DNA of 59,560 nt from Blastocatellia bacterium (GCA_039648975.1 JBBWZK010000201.1:1-59560), one strand, 5' to 3'; counted from the stretch's first letter, positions 9,787 through 20,232 are shown. Notes: generated by a model not told the origin, from the letters alone. A program made the numbers and translations.

Positions 9787-9995
9787 GCAGGAAGCAGTAG
9801 GCAGGAAGCAAGCAAAGTATAGCTCTGTTAGGAGCGTAATGTTTATAGTTGGCAGCGTCATAAAGAACGTAAGCCCCGTAGGGGCGCAATGTTGACATTG
9901 CGCCCCTACGGGGCTTGCAGAACCAACCTGCTGGATAGCTATAAACATTGCGTCCCTAACGGGACTGGGAACTGCCTACTGCCTATTGCCTACTG
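9774..9995. repeat. Inverted heptamer arrays (CAGTAGG / CCTACTG) enclosing palindromic element copy 1
   Basis: Arrays at 9774-9809 and 9972-9995; they contain the TAG stops of both convergent genes. Confidence 0.85.
9821..9966. repeat. REPIN/MITE-like 146-bp palindromic element, copy 1
   Basis: Layout: hairpin-AATGTTTATAG, 22 nt, hairpin-AATGTnnACATT-hairpin, 22 nt, CTATAAACATT-hairpin; same layout at 23091 and 29333. Confidence 0.9.
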
Positions 9996-11063
9996 TCCCT
10001 GCGGCTTCGTTTGCTTGAGGCGATCGATGCCGCCGCGCGCGGTTTCGTCTTTGTGGCCGGACGCTTCATAGGCGCGCTGGTAAGCGGCGAGCGCTTTGTC
10101 GTATTGCTTATCACTTTCGTAGACGTAGCCCAATTCAAGGTTCGCACCTAGGTTGGTCGGTTGCAGCTTGATTGCCTGTTCCAACGCTTCGGCGGCGGGC
10201 TTCCATTGATTCGAGCGCGAATAAGCAACGCCGAGGTTGTACCATGCCGGAACCGAATCCATGTGCAAGCGCGCGTACTTGTCCAGCAGCGGCGCGGCCT
10301 TCTGAAACTGCTTGTCGAATAGATAGGCCTGGCCGAGCAGCGCCCACGACCGCTCATCATTGCGCACCTGAATCAACCGCTCGCCGAGGGTAATCGCCTG
10401 CCGCACCGCCGCCGGGTTCTGCTTCATCTGCGCGAAGTAAATCTCTGTCAACAGCGCCAGCGCGTCCGGCTCTTTCGGGTCAACGGCCAATGCCTGATTC
10501 AATGCCGTCGTCGCCGGCTCGATGTGATTCAGCTTATACTGCGCAAAGCCGAGCAGGTAATAATTCGAGGCATTGGTCTTCATCTCGGCGGCGGCAACCG
10601 AGAGCGGCTCAACCGCTTCGGCGTACTTCTGTGTGAAGATGTAAGCGCGGCCCAGCGCGCCGCGCGCCGTCACGTCTACCTTTTCATTGCCCTTTACGGC
10701 GAGCGCGATATATTGCGTGAATTCGGGGATGGCTTTGTCGTAATGCTGCAATTGATATTCGGCCCAGCCGAGAAAGTAATGGCCGGTGATCTGCGCCTTG
10801 TCGTCTTTGGCGGCGGACTTCAGATAGTTGTTGAACGAGTCAACCGTGTCGGCATACTCCTGCAATTGATAATGGCCGAAGCCTATGTAATACCAGGACT
10901 GCCAGGCATCAGGGTTGACTTTCAAGACGGCATGGAATTCTTTGATGGCGGCGCGGGTTTGTTTCTGATTGAACAGCGAAACGGCGTGCTCCCAGTCCTG
11001 CGCCAGCGCCGGCGCGGCCATGCACGTCATGAAGGCGGCGATTGCAAGAAGCTTCTTCATCAT
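9990..11063 (-). CDS. Secreted TPR-repeat protein
   Basis: Signal peptide (MKKLLAIAAF...ALAQ); multiple TPR units such as AWYNLGVAY. Confidence 0.88.
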   Translation of the reverse strand: MMKKLLAIAAFMTCMAAPALAQDWEHAVSLFNQKQTRAAIKEFHAVLKVNPDAWQSWYYIGFGHYQLQEYADTVDSFNNYLKSAAKDDKAQITGHYFLGWAEYQLQHYDKAIPEFTQYIALAVKGNEKVDVTARGALGRAYIFTQKYAEAVEPLSVAAAEMKTNASNYYLLGFAQYKLNHIEPATTALNQALAVDPKEPDALALLTEIYFAQMKQNPAAVRQAITLGERLIQVRNDERSWALLGQAYLFDKQFQKAAPLLDKYARLHMDSVPAWYNLGVAYSRSNQWKPAAEALEQAIKLQPTNLGANLELGYVYESDKQYDKALAAYQRAYEASGHKDETARGGIDRLKQTKPQGQ

Positions 11064-11321
11064 GATGCTCTCCATTCTTTCGGCGGGCTGGCGGGCCCGG
11101 ATGCCTCGATTGAAATTCTAGCGACCCGTGCGCCCGCAGCACAAGGGATCCGTATATCCAGAAGCTGAGACTCAAAACGGCGCGTCCGGCGTTGCCTGCG
11201 AATTCGGGAAACAGGCAATCCCCTAGCTTGCAATGGTGCCAGCGATACCGCAGAATGTCTTTTGCCGTTCGAGCCGAGCGCTCGCAAACCGGCGCTGAAT
11301 CCACATTCAACGAGGTCATCC

Positions 11322-12329
11322 ATGAAGTCGAAATCAGTTGCCGTCACACAGGCCCTGGCGGCGTGCGCGCTCGTGCTGGCGTTTGCCGCCCTCGCTTTGG
11401 CGCAGGAAAAACCTAAAGCGCCGCAGGTCTCGAAAGGCGAGCAAGAGGCCATAACGAAAGTGCAGACCGCCGCCGACCCTGCGGCCAAGCTCAAAGCCGC
11501 CGACGAGTTCATTAAGAAGTATCCCAAGAGCACCAACCGCGCCGGTATTGTCAGCCATGTGATTGGCGAGATCAGCAATGTGTCGGATCCTGCCCAGAAG
11601 ATCACGCTGCTGGAAAGTTCGCTGACGGTCTTCAAAGACCCAGCCGATTCGGACATCATCACGCCGGTCTTGCTGAACGCCTACATTAACGCCAAGCGCG
11701 TCGATGATGCCTTCAGCTTTGCTGAAAAGGCGCTTGCCAAAAATCCCAACGATGTCACGGCGCTGACCCAGGTGACCATGCTCGGCGCTGAACAGGCGAA
11801 GCAAAGAAATGCCAAATACGTGCCGCAGAGTCAGCAGTATGGCATGCGCGCTATTCAAGTCATCGAGTCCGGCAACAAGCCCGCGAGCATGACGGATGAA
11901 AGCTGGAAATAGTATCAAACGCGCTGGCTGCCGCAGCTTTATCAGGTCGAGGGCCTGCTCTCGCTGTTGACCGGCAATAATGCCGATGCCAAAACCAAGC
12001 TCGACAAAGCGGCCTCGCTGAATGCCAATGATCCGTTTACGTTTTATCTGCTCGGCTCGCTGATCAACGACGACTATCAAAAGATGGCGGAGAACTATCA
12101 GAAGCAGACGCCGGGGCCGCTCAAGGATTCGCTGTTGAAGGAAGCGCAGGCGAAGATGGATGAGATCATCGAGATATGGGCACACGCCATCGCGCTGGCG
12201 CAGGGCAATGCGCAGTACCAGACGTTTGCCGATCAACTGCGCCCTGAGCTTGAAGGCTATTACAAATTCCGTCATGGCGGCTCGACCAAGGGCCTTGATG
12301 ATGTGATCGCCAAGTACAAAAAGCAGTAG
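11322..12329 (+). pseudogene. Secreted TPR-like protein interrupted by an in-frame TAG at 11910-11912
   Basis: ORFs 11262..11912 and 11967..12329 share one frame; the sequence reads ESWK*YQTRWLPQLYQ continuously; 335 codons if read through. Confidence 0.75.
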
Positions 12330-12413
12330 TCAGAGGTCAGAGATCAGAAGTCAATAGCTAGTAATTATTTTTGCTGAGAACAACTGACCTTTGATCTCTG
12401 ACCTCTGACCTCT
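12329..12413. repeat. Inverted heptamer arrays (GTCAGAG / CTCTGAC)
   Basis: Arrays at 12329-12353 and 12384-12413. Confidence 0.85.
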
Positions 12414-12428
12414 AGCTTGTGAGGAGCA

Positions 12429-12902
12429 ATGCCCGTCAGCAAGGATGAATTTCGCAGCGCCATGAGCCGCTTTGCCAGTGGTGTAACCATCGTTACAACC
12501 AGGGCTGAAGATCATCAGCCGAACGGCCTCACTGTCAGTTCTTTCGCGTCGCTGTCGCTTGAGTCGCCGCTGGTGCTGGTCTGCATAGACAAACATGCTT
12601 CGATACATGGTCTGCTGGTGGAAGGGCGTTACTTCGCGGTGAACGTTCTGGCCGAAGACCAGGAGATCCTCTCGCGCCGCTTTGCTTCGCGCGACGCGGA
12701 TCGCTTCAGCGGCACAGGCTATGTGGACGGCATGACCGGCGTGCCGATTCTCAGTGACGTGCTGGCGGCGATTGAATGCCGTATTGTTCACACCTATCCG
12801 GGCGGCGATCACACCATCGTCGTCGGCGAAGTCGAACATGCGATAGTTCACGACGGCAAGCCGCTCGTGTACTTTCGCGGCGGCTACGCGCAACTTGCCT
12901 GA
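12429..12902 (+). CDS. Flavin reductase-like protein (HpaC/RutF family)
   Basis: FRSAMSRFASGVTIVT, SLSLESPLVLVC and GDHTIVVGEV motifs. Confidence 0.92.
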   Translation: MPVSKDEFRSAMSRFASGVTIVTTRAEDHQPNGLTVSSFASLSLESPLVLVCIDKHASIHGLLVEGRYFAVNVLAEDQEILSRRFASRDADRFSGTGYVDGMTGVPILSDVLAAIECRIVHTYPGGDHTIVVGEVEHAIVHDGKPLVYFRGGYAQLA

Positions 12903-12905
12903 ACG

Positions 12906-13649
12906 TCACGGCAAGCCTGTGAATAAATCCGTTTCAAGCTCAGGCAAGTTGGCGACGACCGATGAGGCGCGGTAATAGACCTCCTGGTGGCGATTGGCCT
13001 CGATCCATTCCTGAAGTTTAGTCATCCATTGCTGCTGGCTGCGGTGAAGGCGGAACGCGGCGATTTTCGCCTCCACAAAATCTGCAATATCAATGACGGT
13101 CGTGACGGGCAGGAACGCCTGGCGCATCTCGCCCCAGGGATTGCTGTAGCCGGTCATGTAATAAAACTTGCTGACCAAATGTGGCGTCAGCCCCTCGGTT
13201 AGTTGCGCCTTGAATTTCTCAGGATCAGCGGTGCTGGCAACCGCTTCCGTCGCAATGCGCGATATGCGCTGATGGTCGCGGTGTTCGTTGCCAGCGCCTT
13301 CGGGGCCGAACGTCACCACCACATCGGGCTGCTCTTCACGAATGCGGCGCACCACCTTTTCTTCGACCTCTTCTTCATCAACCTGATCGAGCCTGCCGTC
13401 CATGTAACCGAAAAAATGAATCGCTGCGATCCCCAGGCTAGCGGCAGCGTCGCGCGCTTCCTGCTCGCGGACACGGCCAAGTTCTTCAGGCGTAGACGCA
13501 AGTCCGGCTGTGCGGCCCGCCTGACCGCTTGTCGCCGTGATGACTGTGATACGCACGCCGTCGCGCGCGTATCTGGCAATCGTGCCGCCTGGCCCGAAGG
13601 TTTCGTCGTCCGGGTGGGCCAGCACAAACATTAAAGAGCGTTTCGCCAT
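12906..13649 (-). CDS. PIG-L family deacetylase
   Basis: AHPDDE, HRDH and HRSQ motifs. Confidence 0.92.
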   Translation of the reverse strand: MAKRSLMFVLAHPDDETFGPGGTIARYARDGVRITVITATSGQAGRTAGLASTPEELGRVREQEARDAAASLGIAAIHFFGYMDGRLDQVDEEEVEEKVVRRIREEQPDVVVTFGPEGAGNEHRDHQRISRIATEAVASTADPEKFKAQLTEGLTPHLVSKFYYMTGYSNPWGEMRQAFLPVTTVIDIADFVEAKIAAFRLHRSQQQWMTKLQEWIEANRHQEVYYRASSVVANLPELETDLFTGLP

Positions 13650-13681
13650 AACAGTATCCTCAGCGCCCAGTCGGCACTCAT

Positions 13682-14476
13682 TCAGGCTTCGAGCGATTTG
13701 ATGAACTCAATCAGCGCCGCGTTGAACTTCTGCGGACGTTCGAGGTTGGATAGATGGCCCGCGCCGTCAATGACCTGCAAGCGCGCGCCGTGTATGCCGT
13801 CGTGCATGCTCTCGGCTTCGGCGACAGGCGTAAGCCCGTCTTCTGCGCCGACAAGAATGAGCATCGGAAAATTGATTGCCGGCAGGCTGTAGGTCGCATC
13901 ACGTCGTGCTGCCATAGCGCGCTGCGCGGCAGCGATGCCTTGCGGCGAATTGCCTTCGATCATCCGGCGCACGCGAGCCGGAATGTCCGGGCGCGTCTCC
14001 TGTGTCGTCTTGCCGAGCAGCAACGGCGTCATGTCATCGGCAATCGCCGCTGCGCCTTCGCGTTCAGCCTTCTCAGCAGATTGCAGCCGGCGCTGGCGTG
14101 CGGCGTGCGTGTCGGCGCTGGCCCGCGTATCGGCAAGCACCATTGCGCGCACGGCATCTGGATACTCACGATAAAATGCCAGCGACACATAGCCGCCCAT
14201 CGACAGACCGACGAGCGTCGCCCGTTCAATATCAAGCACAGACATCAAGCCGCGCACGTCTGCCGCCATCTGCTCCATCGTGATAGGGCCATCAGGAACA
14301 TCGGAGCCGCCAAAGCCGCGCAGGTCGAGCGTGATCGTGCGGCAATGATGGCTCAATGCGGTTAGCTGGTCGTCCCACATCGTCTGGTTGAGCGGGAAGG
14401 CGTGAATGAAGATGACGGGCTCGCCGCTTCCCTGATCTCGATAATCGATGTTTATATGATTGATCGTCGCTTTCAT
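13682..14476 (-). CDS. Alpha/beta hydrolase (enol-lactonase-like)
   Basis: HAFP, DLRGFGGS, GLSMGG, GAED and GHLS motifs. Confidence 0.9.
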   Translation of the reverse strand: MKATINHINIDYRDQGSGEPVIFIHAFPLNQTMWDDQLTALSHHCRTITLDLRGFGGSDVPDGPITMEQMAADVRGLMSVLDIERATLVGLSMGGYVSLAFYREYPDAVRAMVLADTRASADTHAARQRRLQSAEKAEREGAAAIADDMTPLLLGKTTQETRPDIPARVRRMIEGNSPQGIAAAQRAMAARRDATYSLPAINFPMLILVGAEDGLTPVAEAESMHDGIHGARLQVIDGAGHLSNLERPQKFNAALIEFIKSLEA

Positions 14477-14717
14477 TACGTTTGCCTCGCTGGATTGAGT
14501 TGCAAAGCAGCAGATGAATCTTATGGACAGGACAATTCTATCAAAGCGCGCCACGCGGTTCATCTCAATCGCCAATGAACCGATGCGATAAGTGCAGCGA
14601 GTCTTGGATTCAGCTAATAATCTCAACAACGTCGGGGTAAGTGCTCGTGGCTAGCAAAGATCAAGGTGGGCGAGTGCAAAGGTTCAGTCACTCCTTAGCC
14701 CGATGAATTGGGGCCAA

Positions 14718-14901
14718 TAGGCCAGCCGTTTTACGGCTGGTTGACGAGGTGACAACAATCTTTTAGCGCGCTTCAGCGTGCTTATTCGGCTCGGCTTTAG
14801 CCTCAATAGTAGCGATATGGCTAAAGCCATTAAGGAGAAGGACGTTGAAACGCCCTTAAAGAATCATCGCCTCACCAACCAGCCGTAAAACGGCTGGCCT
14901 A
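14718..14901. repeat. 184-bp long imperfect palindrome (REPIN/MITE-like)
   Basis: Perfect 26-bp terminal inverted repeat TAGGCCAGCCGTTTTACGGCTGGTTG, degenerate arms, inner GGCTTTAGCC/GGCTAAAGCC. Confidence 0.85.
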
Positions 14902-14977
14902 GTTGCCCTTCGGGAAAGCAGCCTGAAGGCCGCTGGGAAATCACAAATTCAAGAGGCTTGCGGTCTTTTATGATTGT

Positions 14978-17317
14978 CTATTCTTCCGGCTGGTTGTTCG
15001 ATTCACCATTGCCCCTGAGCAGCGGCAAACGCTTGTATGATTCGATCATCAGCTTCAGGAAATTATCTTCAGAAAGGCGGTCGTCGTTGCGCAACTGCAT
15101 TGCCCCGGCCACGCCTATTGCCAGCAATGCGCCAACGATGATGACGCCAGTCATGACTCCCGCCGTCACCGAAACCCATCTGCTAATCGCCACTGCCGCG
15201 CCGACGATTGCGGCAAGCACAATGACAAACCCAAGGACAAACGACATGAGCGAACTCGCCGGATTATTTTTCGACGGTGGAGCAGGCGGCTGTGATTTGG
15301 GCTGAATCTCTTCAGGCATGCGTGGTAGGTATCTCCCTTCGTTCAAGTCGCGTTCGCGGCGGGCCAAGCGGGCGCGCAACTCTTCGACGCCATCGATCAA
15401 TTCTCTGACCGGGAACTTCTTCCTCAATTCTGGGATAACGATTTCCTGTTCGCCCATCTCTTCGTGGACGAGCAGTTCTTTGTACGAGACCAGCACGTGC
15501 GGAAAGCCGGGCACAGGGATCATCTGCTTGATCTCGATTTTGAAGTTGCTGTTGATTTCGTCAAAGGCTGAGCGGATGACCGCGAGGAAAGCGCGGCGAG
15601 TCTGTTCTTTGCCGATGATCGAGATGAAGATTTTACGGTCTACCAGATCGGCTTTGATCTTGGCGCGATTCTCGCCACTGTGCAGGAAGACGCCGTTCTT
15701 CCAGTAATACTGTTTGGTGATGTACTGGTTCATCCGCACGATGAAACGCGAGATGACAGAATCGGGCAGCGTTTCGACATAATGGTATTGAAACTTCAGC
15801 GCGTCGGCGTCGTCCCACGGAATGTCCAGTTCGTTGTCGTGTAGGTGACGCGGGATCAGGTAATGGCCCTGCCGGTCGGTGAACTCAAAGCACAACTGGA
15901 AATGCTTCATTACGTCAATCAACCGGCGATGCGTGTGTGAAGGGTAACGGCGTTGAGCGTCCGGCAAGCCAGCCAGGATTTCGCCCACGTCTTTTAGATC
16001 GAACTGGCCTTGCGCTTTGACCAGTTGTGCTGAAGTTAGCAATCCATAAACGCCCTGCGTCACCCAGCGCGGATTGAGCACTTGCGTGTCGCCCGGAAAG
16101 CGTATGACCGTGCCCAAAACGTGGAGAATGTCCAGCAAAGACTGGCGCAGGTCTTCGTCCTTCAATTTTTCTTCGCCACAGATTTCCAGATACTTTTCGA
16201 CCGGAATGTAATCCGCATGCATTTCTTTCAATCGTCGTTTGATGGCGAGCCATTCGCGTGGCCAAATGTCGTGTACGTGCTTCATCTGTTCGATCTCGCA
16301 GGCAATCGTCGCTTTCAATGCCGGAATGCCTTCGCCCGTCGGGCACGAAGTTTCAACGAAATCCTTGATGTTGTACTTCTCCTGCAAAGCCTTGCGATCC
16401 AGATTGAGCGGACGCTGGCCTTTCAACTGGTCAATCTGGTTGATGACGACGATGATGGGAGACGCGCCGCCGAAACTTTCGATCAGCTTCAGCCAGTATT
16501 CGATATTGCTGATCTGATCGCCTTTGCGCGCATCCACCACCAGCAGGTAAAGGCTGCGCGTGGTCAGAAAGAACTGGTGCGTTGAATGCTGAATCTCTTG
16601 CCCGCCGAAATCCCAGATGTTCAGTTTGACCGGCTCGCCCTCGCCTTTCACCTCGCTCTGGACGACCTTCATCTCATCGTTGATCTCGACGCCGAGCGTT
16701 GTCTGTTTCTGCGGATTGAAAGTGCCATAAATCAACTGCTCAACCACAGAGCTTTTGCCGACCTTGCCATCTCCGACCACCAGCATCTTCGCCTCATTCA
16801 ACCGCTCTCCGCTTTTCAATCCGGCAATCGCGGCAAAGATCGCTTTTACGTCTTGCGGATTGGCTAGCGTTTCAGGCGGAATAGGCAGTAGATTGTCGCT
16901 GAGGTTGAGTGTGGTCAGGTTAGTCAACTTGGTGATCTCCAGCGGCAGGCTCTTCAGGTGATTACTTCCGAGGCGGAGGCTGGTCAGGTTGGATAGCTTG
17001 GTGATCTCTGGCGGCACGCTCATCAGGTGATTGTAGCTGAGATTGAGGTGGGTCAGATTGATCAGCTTAGTAATCTCCAGCGGCACGCTCGTCAATTGAT
17101 TGAAGCCAAGACGAAGGCTGGTCAGGTTAGTCAGTTTAGTGATCTCCGGCGGCAAGCTCGTCAGTTGATTGTTGCCCAGATCAATGCTGGTCAAGTTGGT
17201 CAGCTTCGTGATCGCCGGCGGCAAACTCCTCAGTTGATTGTCTCTGAGGTCGAGTTTCGTCCAACCTTCCTTTGCCGCCCGTTCAATCAGTTTTAGAATT
17301 TTCTGCTCGTCGGCCAT
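14978..17317 (-). CDS. Roco-family protein: LRR-Roc GTPase-COR with two C-terminal TM helices
   Basis: 23-aa LRRs (LTSLPPEITKLTNL); GDGKVGKS, TLGVEI, WDFGGQE and NQID motifs; COR LNPRWVT; hydrophobic C-terminus. Confidence 0.92.
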   Translation of the reverse strand: MADEQKILKLIERAAKEGWTKLDLRDNQLRSLPPAITKLTNLTSIDLGNNQLTSLPPEITKLTNLTSLRLGFNQLTSVPLEITKLINLTHLNLSYNHLMSVPPEITKLSNLTSLRLGSNHLKSLPLEITKLTNLTTLNLSDNLLPIPPETLANPQDVKAIFAAIAGLKSGERLNEAKMLVVGDGKVGKSSVVEQLIYGTFNPQKQTTLGVEINDEMKVVQSEVKGEGEPVKLNIWDFGGQEIQHSTHQFFLTTRSLYLLVVDARKGDQISNIEYWLKLIESFGGASPIIVVINQIDQLKGQRPLNLDRKALQEKYNIKDFVETSCPTGEGIPALKATIACEIEQMKHVHDIWPREWLAIKRRLKEMHADYIPVEKYLEICGEEKLKDEDLRQSLLDILHVLGTVIRFPGDTQVLNPRWVTQGVYGLLTSAQLVKAQGQFDLKDVGEILAGLPDAQRRYPSHTHRRLIDVMKHFQLCFEFTDRQGHYLIPRHLHDNELDIPWDDADALKFQYHYVETLPDSVISRFIVRMNQYITKQYYWKNGVFLHSGENRAKIKADLVDRKIFISIIGKEQTRRAFLAVIRSAFDEINSNFKIEIKQMIPVPGFPHVLVSYKELLVHEEMGEQEIVIPELRKKFPVRELIDGVEELRARLARRERDLNEGRYLPRMPEEIQPKSQPPAPPSKNNPASSLMSFVLGFVIVLAAIVGAAVAISRWVSVTAGVMTGVIIVGALLAIGVAGAMQLRNDDRLSEDNFLKLMIESYKRLPLLRGNGESNNQPEE

Positions 17318-17388
17318 GGCATCCTCTTGCGCTGAAATGTAGAGGGATATTACTTCGGCAGGATGCGAGATTACAATCTTTATTCAGA

Positions 17389-17497
17389 AGTGACAAGTGG
17401 CAAGGAGGTGAACAGTGACAAGTGACAAGAGCAGAGGAGCAGAGGGGCAGAGGAGACAGATGATGGCGAGTCCACTGCTCCTTCTTGTTACTTGTCA
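17389..17497. repeat. Short tandem arrays (AGTGACA, AGGAGCAG) with a partial inverted copy
   Basis: Intergenic between Roco and permease 1; same AGTGACA unit as at 57919. Confidence 0.65.
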
Positions 17498-20215
17498 CTC
17501 ATAATGCAATGCCGTCATCGGATCGATCTTTGTGGCGCGTCGTGCTGGGACGTAGCAGGCGGCGAGGGCAATCAATAACAGGCCGAGGGCAACTATAACG
17601 AACGTCAACGGGTCGGTAGCTTTCACTTCATAAAGTTGACTGGCCAGCAAGCGCATCAAGGCGAATGCACCCGCCAATCCGATGCCTAATCCGACCATCG
17701 CCGGCTGCATGCCCTGACGAATGACCAGCGCCAGCACGTTCGTTTGCTGTGCGCCCAAGGCCATGCGTATGCCGATTTCGCGCGTCCGCTGGTTGACTCC
17801 GTAAGCTACCACGCCGTAGAGTCCCACGACGGTCAACAGCAGCGCCGTCAGCGCGAACAGACCGAGCAATAATGTGCTGAAACGTGGCCGCGCCACCGCG
17901 TTCGTTACTAGTTGCTCCATCGTGCGGTAGTTGGCTACGGGCAGCGCCGCATCGAGTTGTTTGAACTCTCGCTGGATCGCGCTGCGCAGTGAAGGCAGCG
18001 CCGATACATCGGCGCGCAGCACCATCGCCATCTCGCTCCACGACTCCTGTGCGTGAGGATGATAGATCTGCGGACGCGCCTGCACCTCCAGAGCAAAACC
18101 GCGCACGTCGCGGACGACGCCAACAATCGTCCTCCAATCATTATCATCCAATATCCGTTTGATGCGCTTGCCCAGGATATTGCCTTCGGGGAAAAACTGC
18201 CGGGCCAGCGTCTCGTTGACGATAGCGACGAGCGGCTTACTCGCGCTGTCGGTTGCATCGAAGTCGCGCCCGCTCACCAGACTTACTCCCATGGCCTCGA
18301 AATAACCGGGGGTAATGGCGCGGTCTTCTGCCATTGGCTCTTTGCCGCGCGGCACCGGCGCAGCCTCTTCGATGGAAAAAGGTTCCATACTTTCATTGCC
18401 GCCGAGCGGCAGATTGGAGACCGCCCCGACCGCGCGCACGCCGGGCAGTCCGCTCAATCGCGCTCGCGCCTGCTCGAAGAATTGTGCTCGCGGCTCGCTC
18501 TCACGGTAGCGCTCGCCATGCAACGATACGACGAAGGAAGCGACACCCTGCGGCTTGAAGCCCGGATCAACTGCCAGCAGCCGCCGAAAACTTTGCAACA
18601 TGAGAACTGCGCCGATGAGCAAGATAGCAACCAGCGCAACTTCAACAGTCACCAGCACGCTGTGGCTGCGGATGCCGCGCCCCGCAGAGTTCGTGCGCCC
18701 GGCGTCCTTGAGCGCTTCAGCAAGATTCACCTTTGACGCATGCCAGGCCGGCACCAGCCCGAACAGCACGCCGGTCAGCATAGAGATCAACGCCGTGAAG
18801 AGAAAAACATTTGTGTCTAATGCTACATTTTGCAAGCGCGGCACATTTGGCGGGATGAACTTCAACAACATAGCCAATCCCCAATAGCCGAGTAGCAGCC
18901 CGAAGCCGCCGCCGAGCGCCGCCAGCAACAAACTCTCAGTTAGCAACTGGCGGATGATGCGTGCGCGCCCTGCGCCGATGGCGGCGCGCACAGCCATCTC
19001 CCGCCGCCTTGCCGCCGCGCGCGCCAGCAGAAGACTGGCAATGTTGGCGCAGGCGATCAGCAACAAAAAGCCCACCGCGCCGAGCAGCACTAGCAGCGGC
19101 GTGCGCGTCTGGCCGACGACTTGATTGAAGAGCGGCGTCAGCCACACACGCCAGCCCTCGTGCGTTTGCGGATCAGCGACGGCTTGACGAGCGGCCAGGC
19201 TGTCCATCTCGGTTTGCGCCTGTGCAGGGGTGACGCCCGTTTTCAGGCGTCCAATCAGGATGAGCTGCCTTTGTATATGGTTCTCCCAGAACCTGGCCTC
19301 TCTGGCCATCGGCGTCCAGAGATCAGCCCTTTCCGGCAGGTTGAAGATTTGCGGCATCTCAATCGCTCGCGGAAAGATGAAGCCTTCAGGCATGATGCCG
19401 ATCACCGTGTGCGGCACACGATTGAGGATGATCGTCTTGCCGATAATCTCTGCATCTCCGCCGAAGCGCCGCTGCCACAGCGCATAACTGATGATCGCCA
19501 CGCGGTCTTTGCCGGGCTGCTCTTCTTCGGCTGAAAACTCGCGGCCCAGCAGCGGCTGGACGCCCAGCAGGGGCAGCAGATTAGCCGATATATCAACCCC
19601 GCCAACCCGTTCAGGATCACCGTCGTCGGATAGATCAGCAAGATGGGACTGGAAGGCGGCAATTTGCTCAAAGGATGTTGCCGATGCACGCCACTCCGGC
19701 AGATCAGAGTTGGCCGGCGGCAGTTCGTGAAAGCCGAGTTGCCAGGTCGGATTGTCCGTCCAGAGCATGAAGAGGCGATCTGCATCGTGAAACGCCAACG
19801 GTCTGAGCAACACGCCATTGATGATGCTGAAGATGGCGGTATTCGCGCCGATGCCGAGCGCCAGTGTAATGACCGCTACTAAGGTAAAACCGGGTGTGCG
19901 GCGCAGCATGCGCGAGCCATAGCGTAAATCATGCCAGAAGTCTGCCATCAGATTTTTCCTTTCTGCTCCCATGACCACAGGTTCACGAACCATCGGGCGT
20001 TCAACCCGCCGCAACTCTCGCTGAAACATCTCGTGCTCGCTCAACTCGGCGAGCGCCGCCGCGTAAGCCTCTGCATCGGTTGCGCCGCCGGCCCGCAACT
20101 CGGCATAGCGGTCTTCAAGATGCTGTGACATCTCCTCGATGATCTCGATTTCGCGCGTCGCCTCAAGCCGCAACTCAGCCAGCCGCTTGCTGATCTCATC
20201 TCTCCACACAGGCAT
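17495..20215 (-). CDS. ADOP/MacB-FtsX-type duplicated ABC permease 1 with N-terminal helical prefix domain
   Basis: DLRYG..LRRTPGF, LGIGANTAIFS, LLIACANIA, RTREIGIRMALGA and PARRATKIDP motifs; GGAG RBS before ATG 20215. Confidence 0.93.
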   Translation of the reverse strand: MPVWRDEISKRLAELRLEATREIEIIEEMSQHLEDRYAELRAGGATDAEAYAAALAELSEHEMFQRELRRVERPMVREPVVMGAERKNLMADFWHDLRYGSRMLRRTPGFTLVAVITLALGIGANTAIFSIINGVLLRPLAFHDADRLFMLWTDNPTWQLGFHELPPANSDLPEWRASATSFEQIAAFQSHLADLSDDGDPERVGGVDISANLLPLLGVQPLLGREFSAEEEQPGKDRVAIISYALWQRRFGGDAEIIGKTIILNRVPHTVIGIMPEGFIFPRAIEMPQIFNLPERADLWTPMAREARFWENHIQRQLILIGRLKTGVTPAQAQTEMDSLAARQAVADPQTHEGWRVWLTPLFNQVVGQTRTPLLVLLGAVGFLLLIACANIASLLLARAAARRREMAVRAAIGAGRARIIRQLLTESLLLAALGGGFGLLLGYWGLAMLLKFIPPNVPRLQNVALDTNVFLFTALISMLTGVLFGLVPAWHASKVNLAEALKDAGRTNSAGRGIRSHSVLVTVEVALVAILLIGAVLMLQSFRRLLAVDPGFKPQGVASFVVSLHGERYRESEPRAQFFEQARARLSGLPGVRAVGAVSNLPLGGNESMEPFSIEEAAPVPRGKEPMAEDRAITPGYFEAMGVSLVSGRDFDATDSASKPLVAIVNETLARQFFPEGNILGKRIKRILDDNDWRTIVGVVRDVRGFALEVQARPQIYHPHAQESWSEMAMVLRADVSALPSLRSAIQREFKQLDAALPVANYRTMEQLVTNAVARPRFSTLLLGLFALTALLLTVVGLYGVVAYGVNQRTREIGIRMALGAQQTNVLALVIRQGMQPAMVGLGIGLAGAFALMRLLASQLYEVKATDPLTFVIVALGLLLIALAACYVPARRATKIDPMTALHYE

Positions 20216-20232
20216 AGATGACTCCATTAAAA

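Noticed and set aside
9821-9966. CRISPR mini-array interpretation of the repeat-spacer element
   Set aside because: Mirror-symmetric with only two spacers per copy, degenerate repeats, dispersed copies and no cas genes
11910-11912. Pyrrolysine or genome-wide TAG recoding
   Set aside because: TAG ends rpsP, khpA, rimM and rplS at the expected positions; no pyl genes in the window
14902-14935. SRP RNA-like GGAAAGCAGC
   Set aside because: Lacks the CAGG half of the domain IV loop and the long stem; adjacent to a REP-like element
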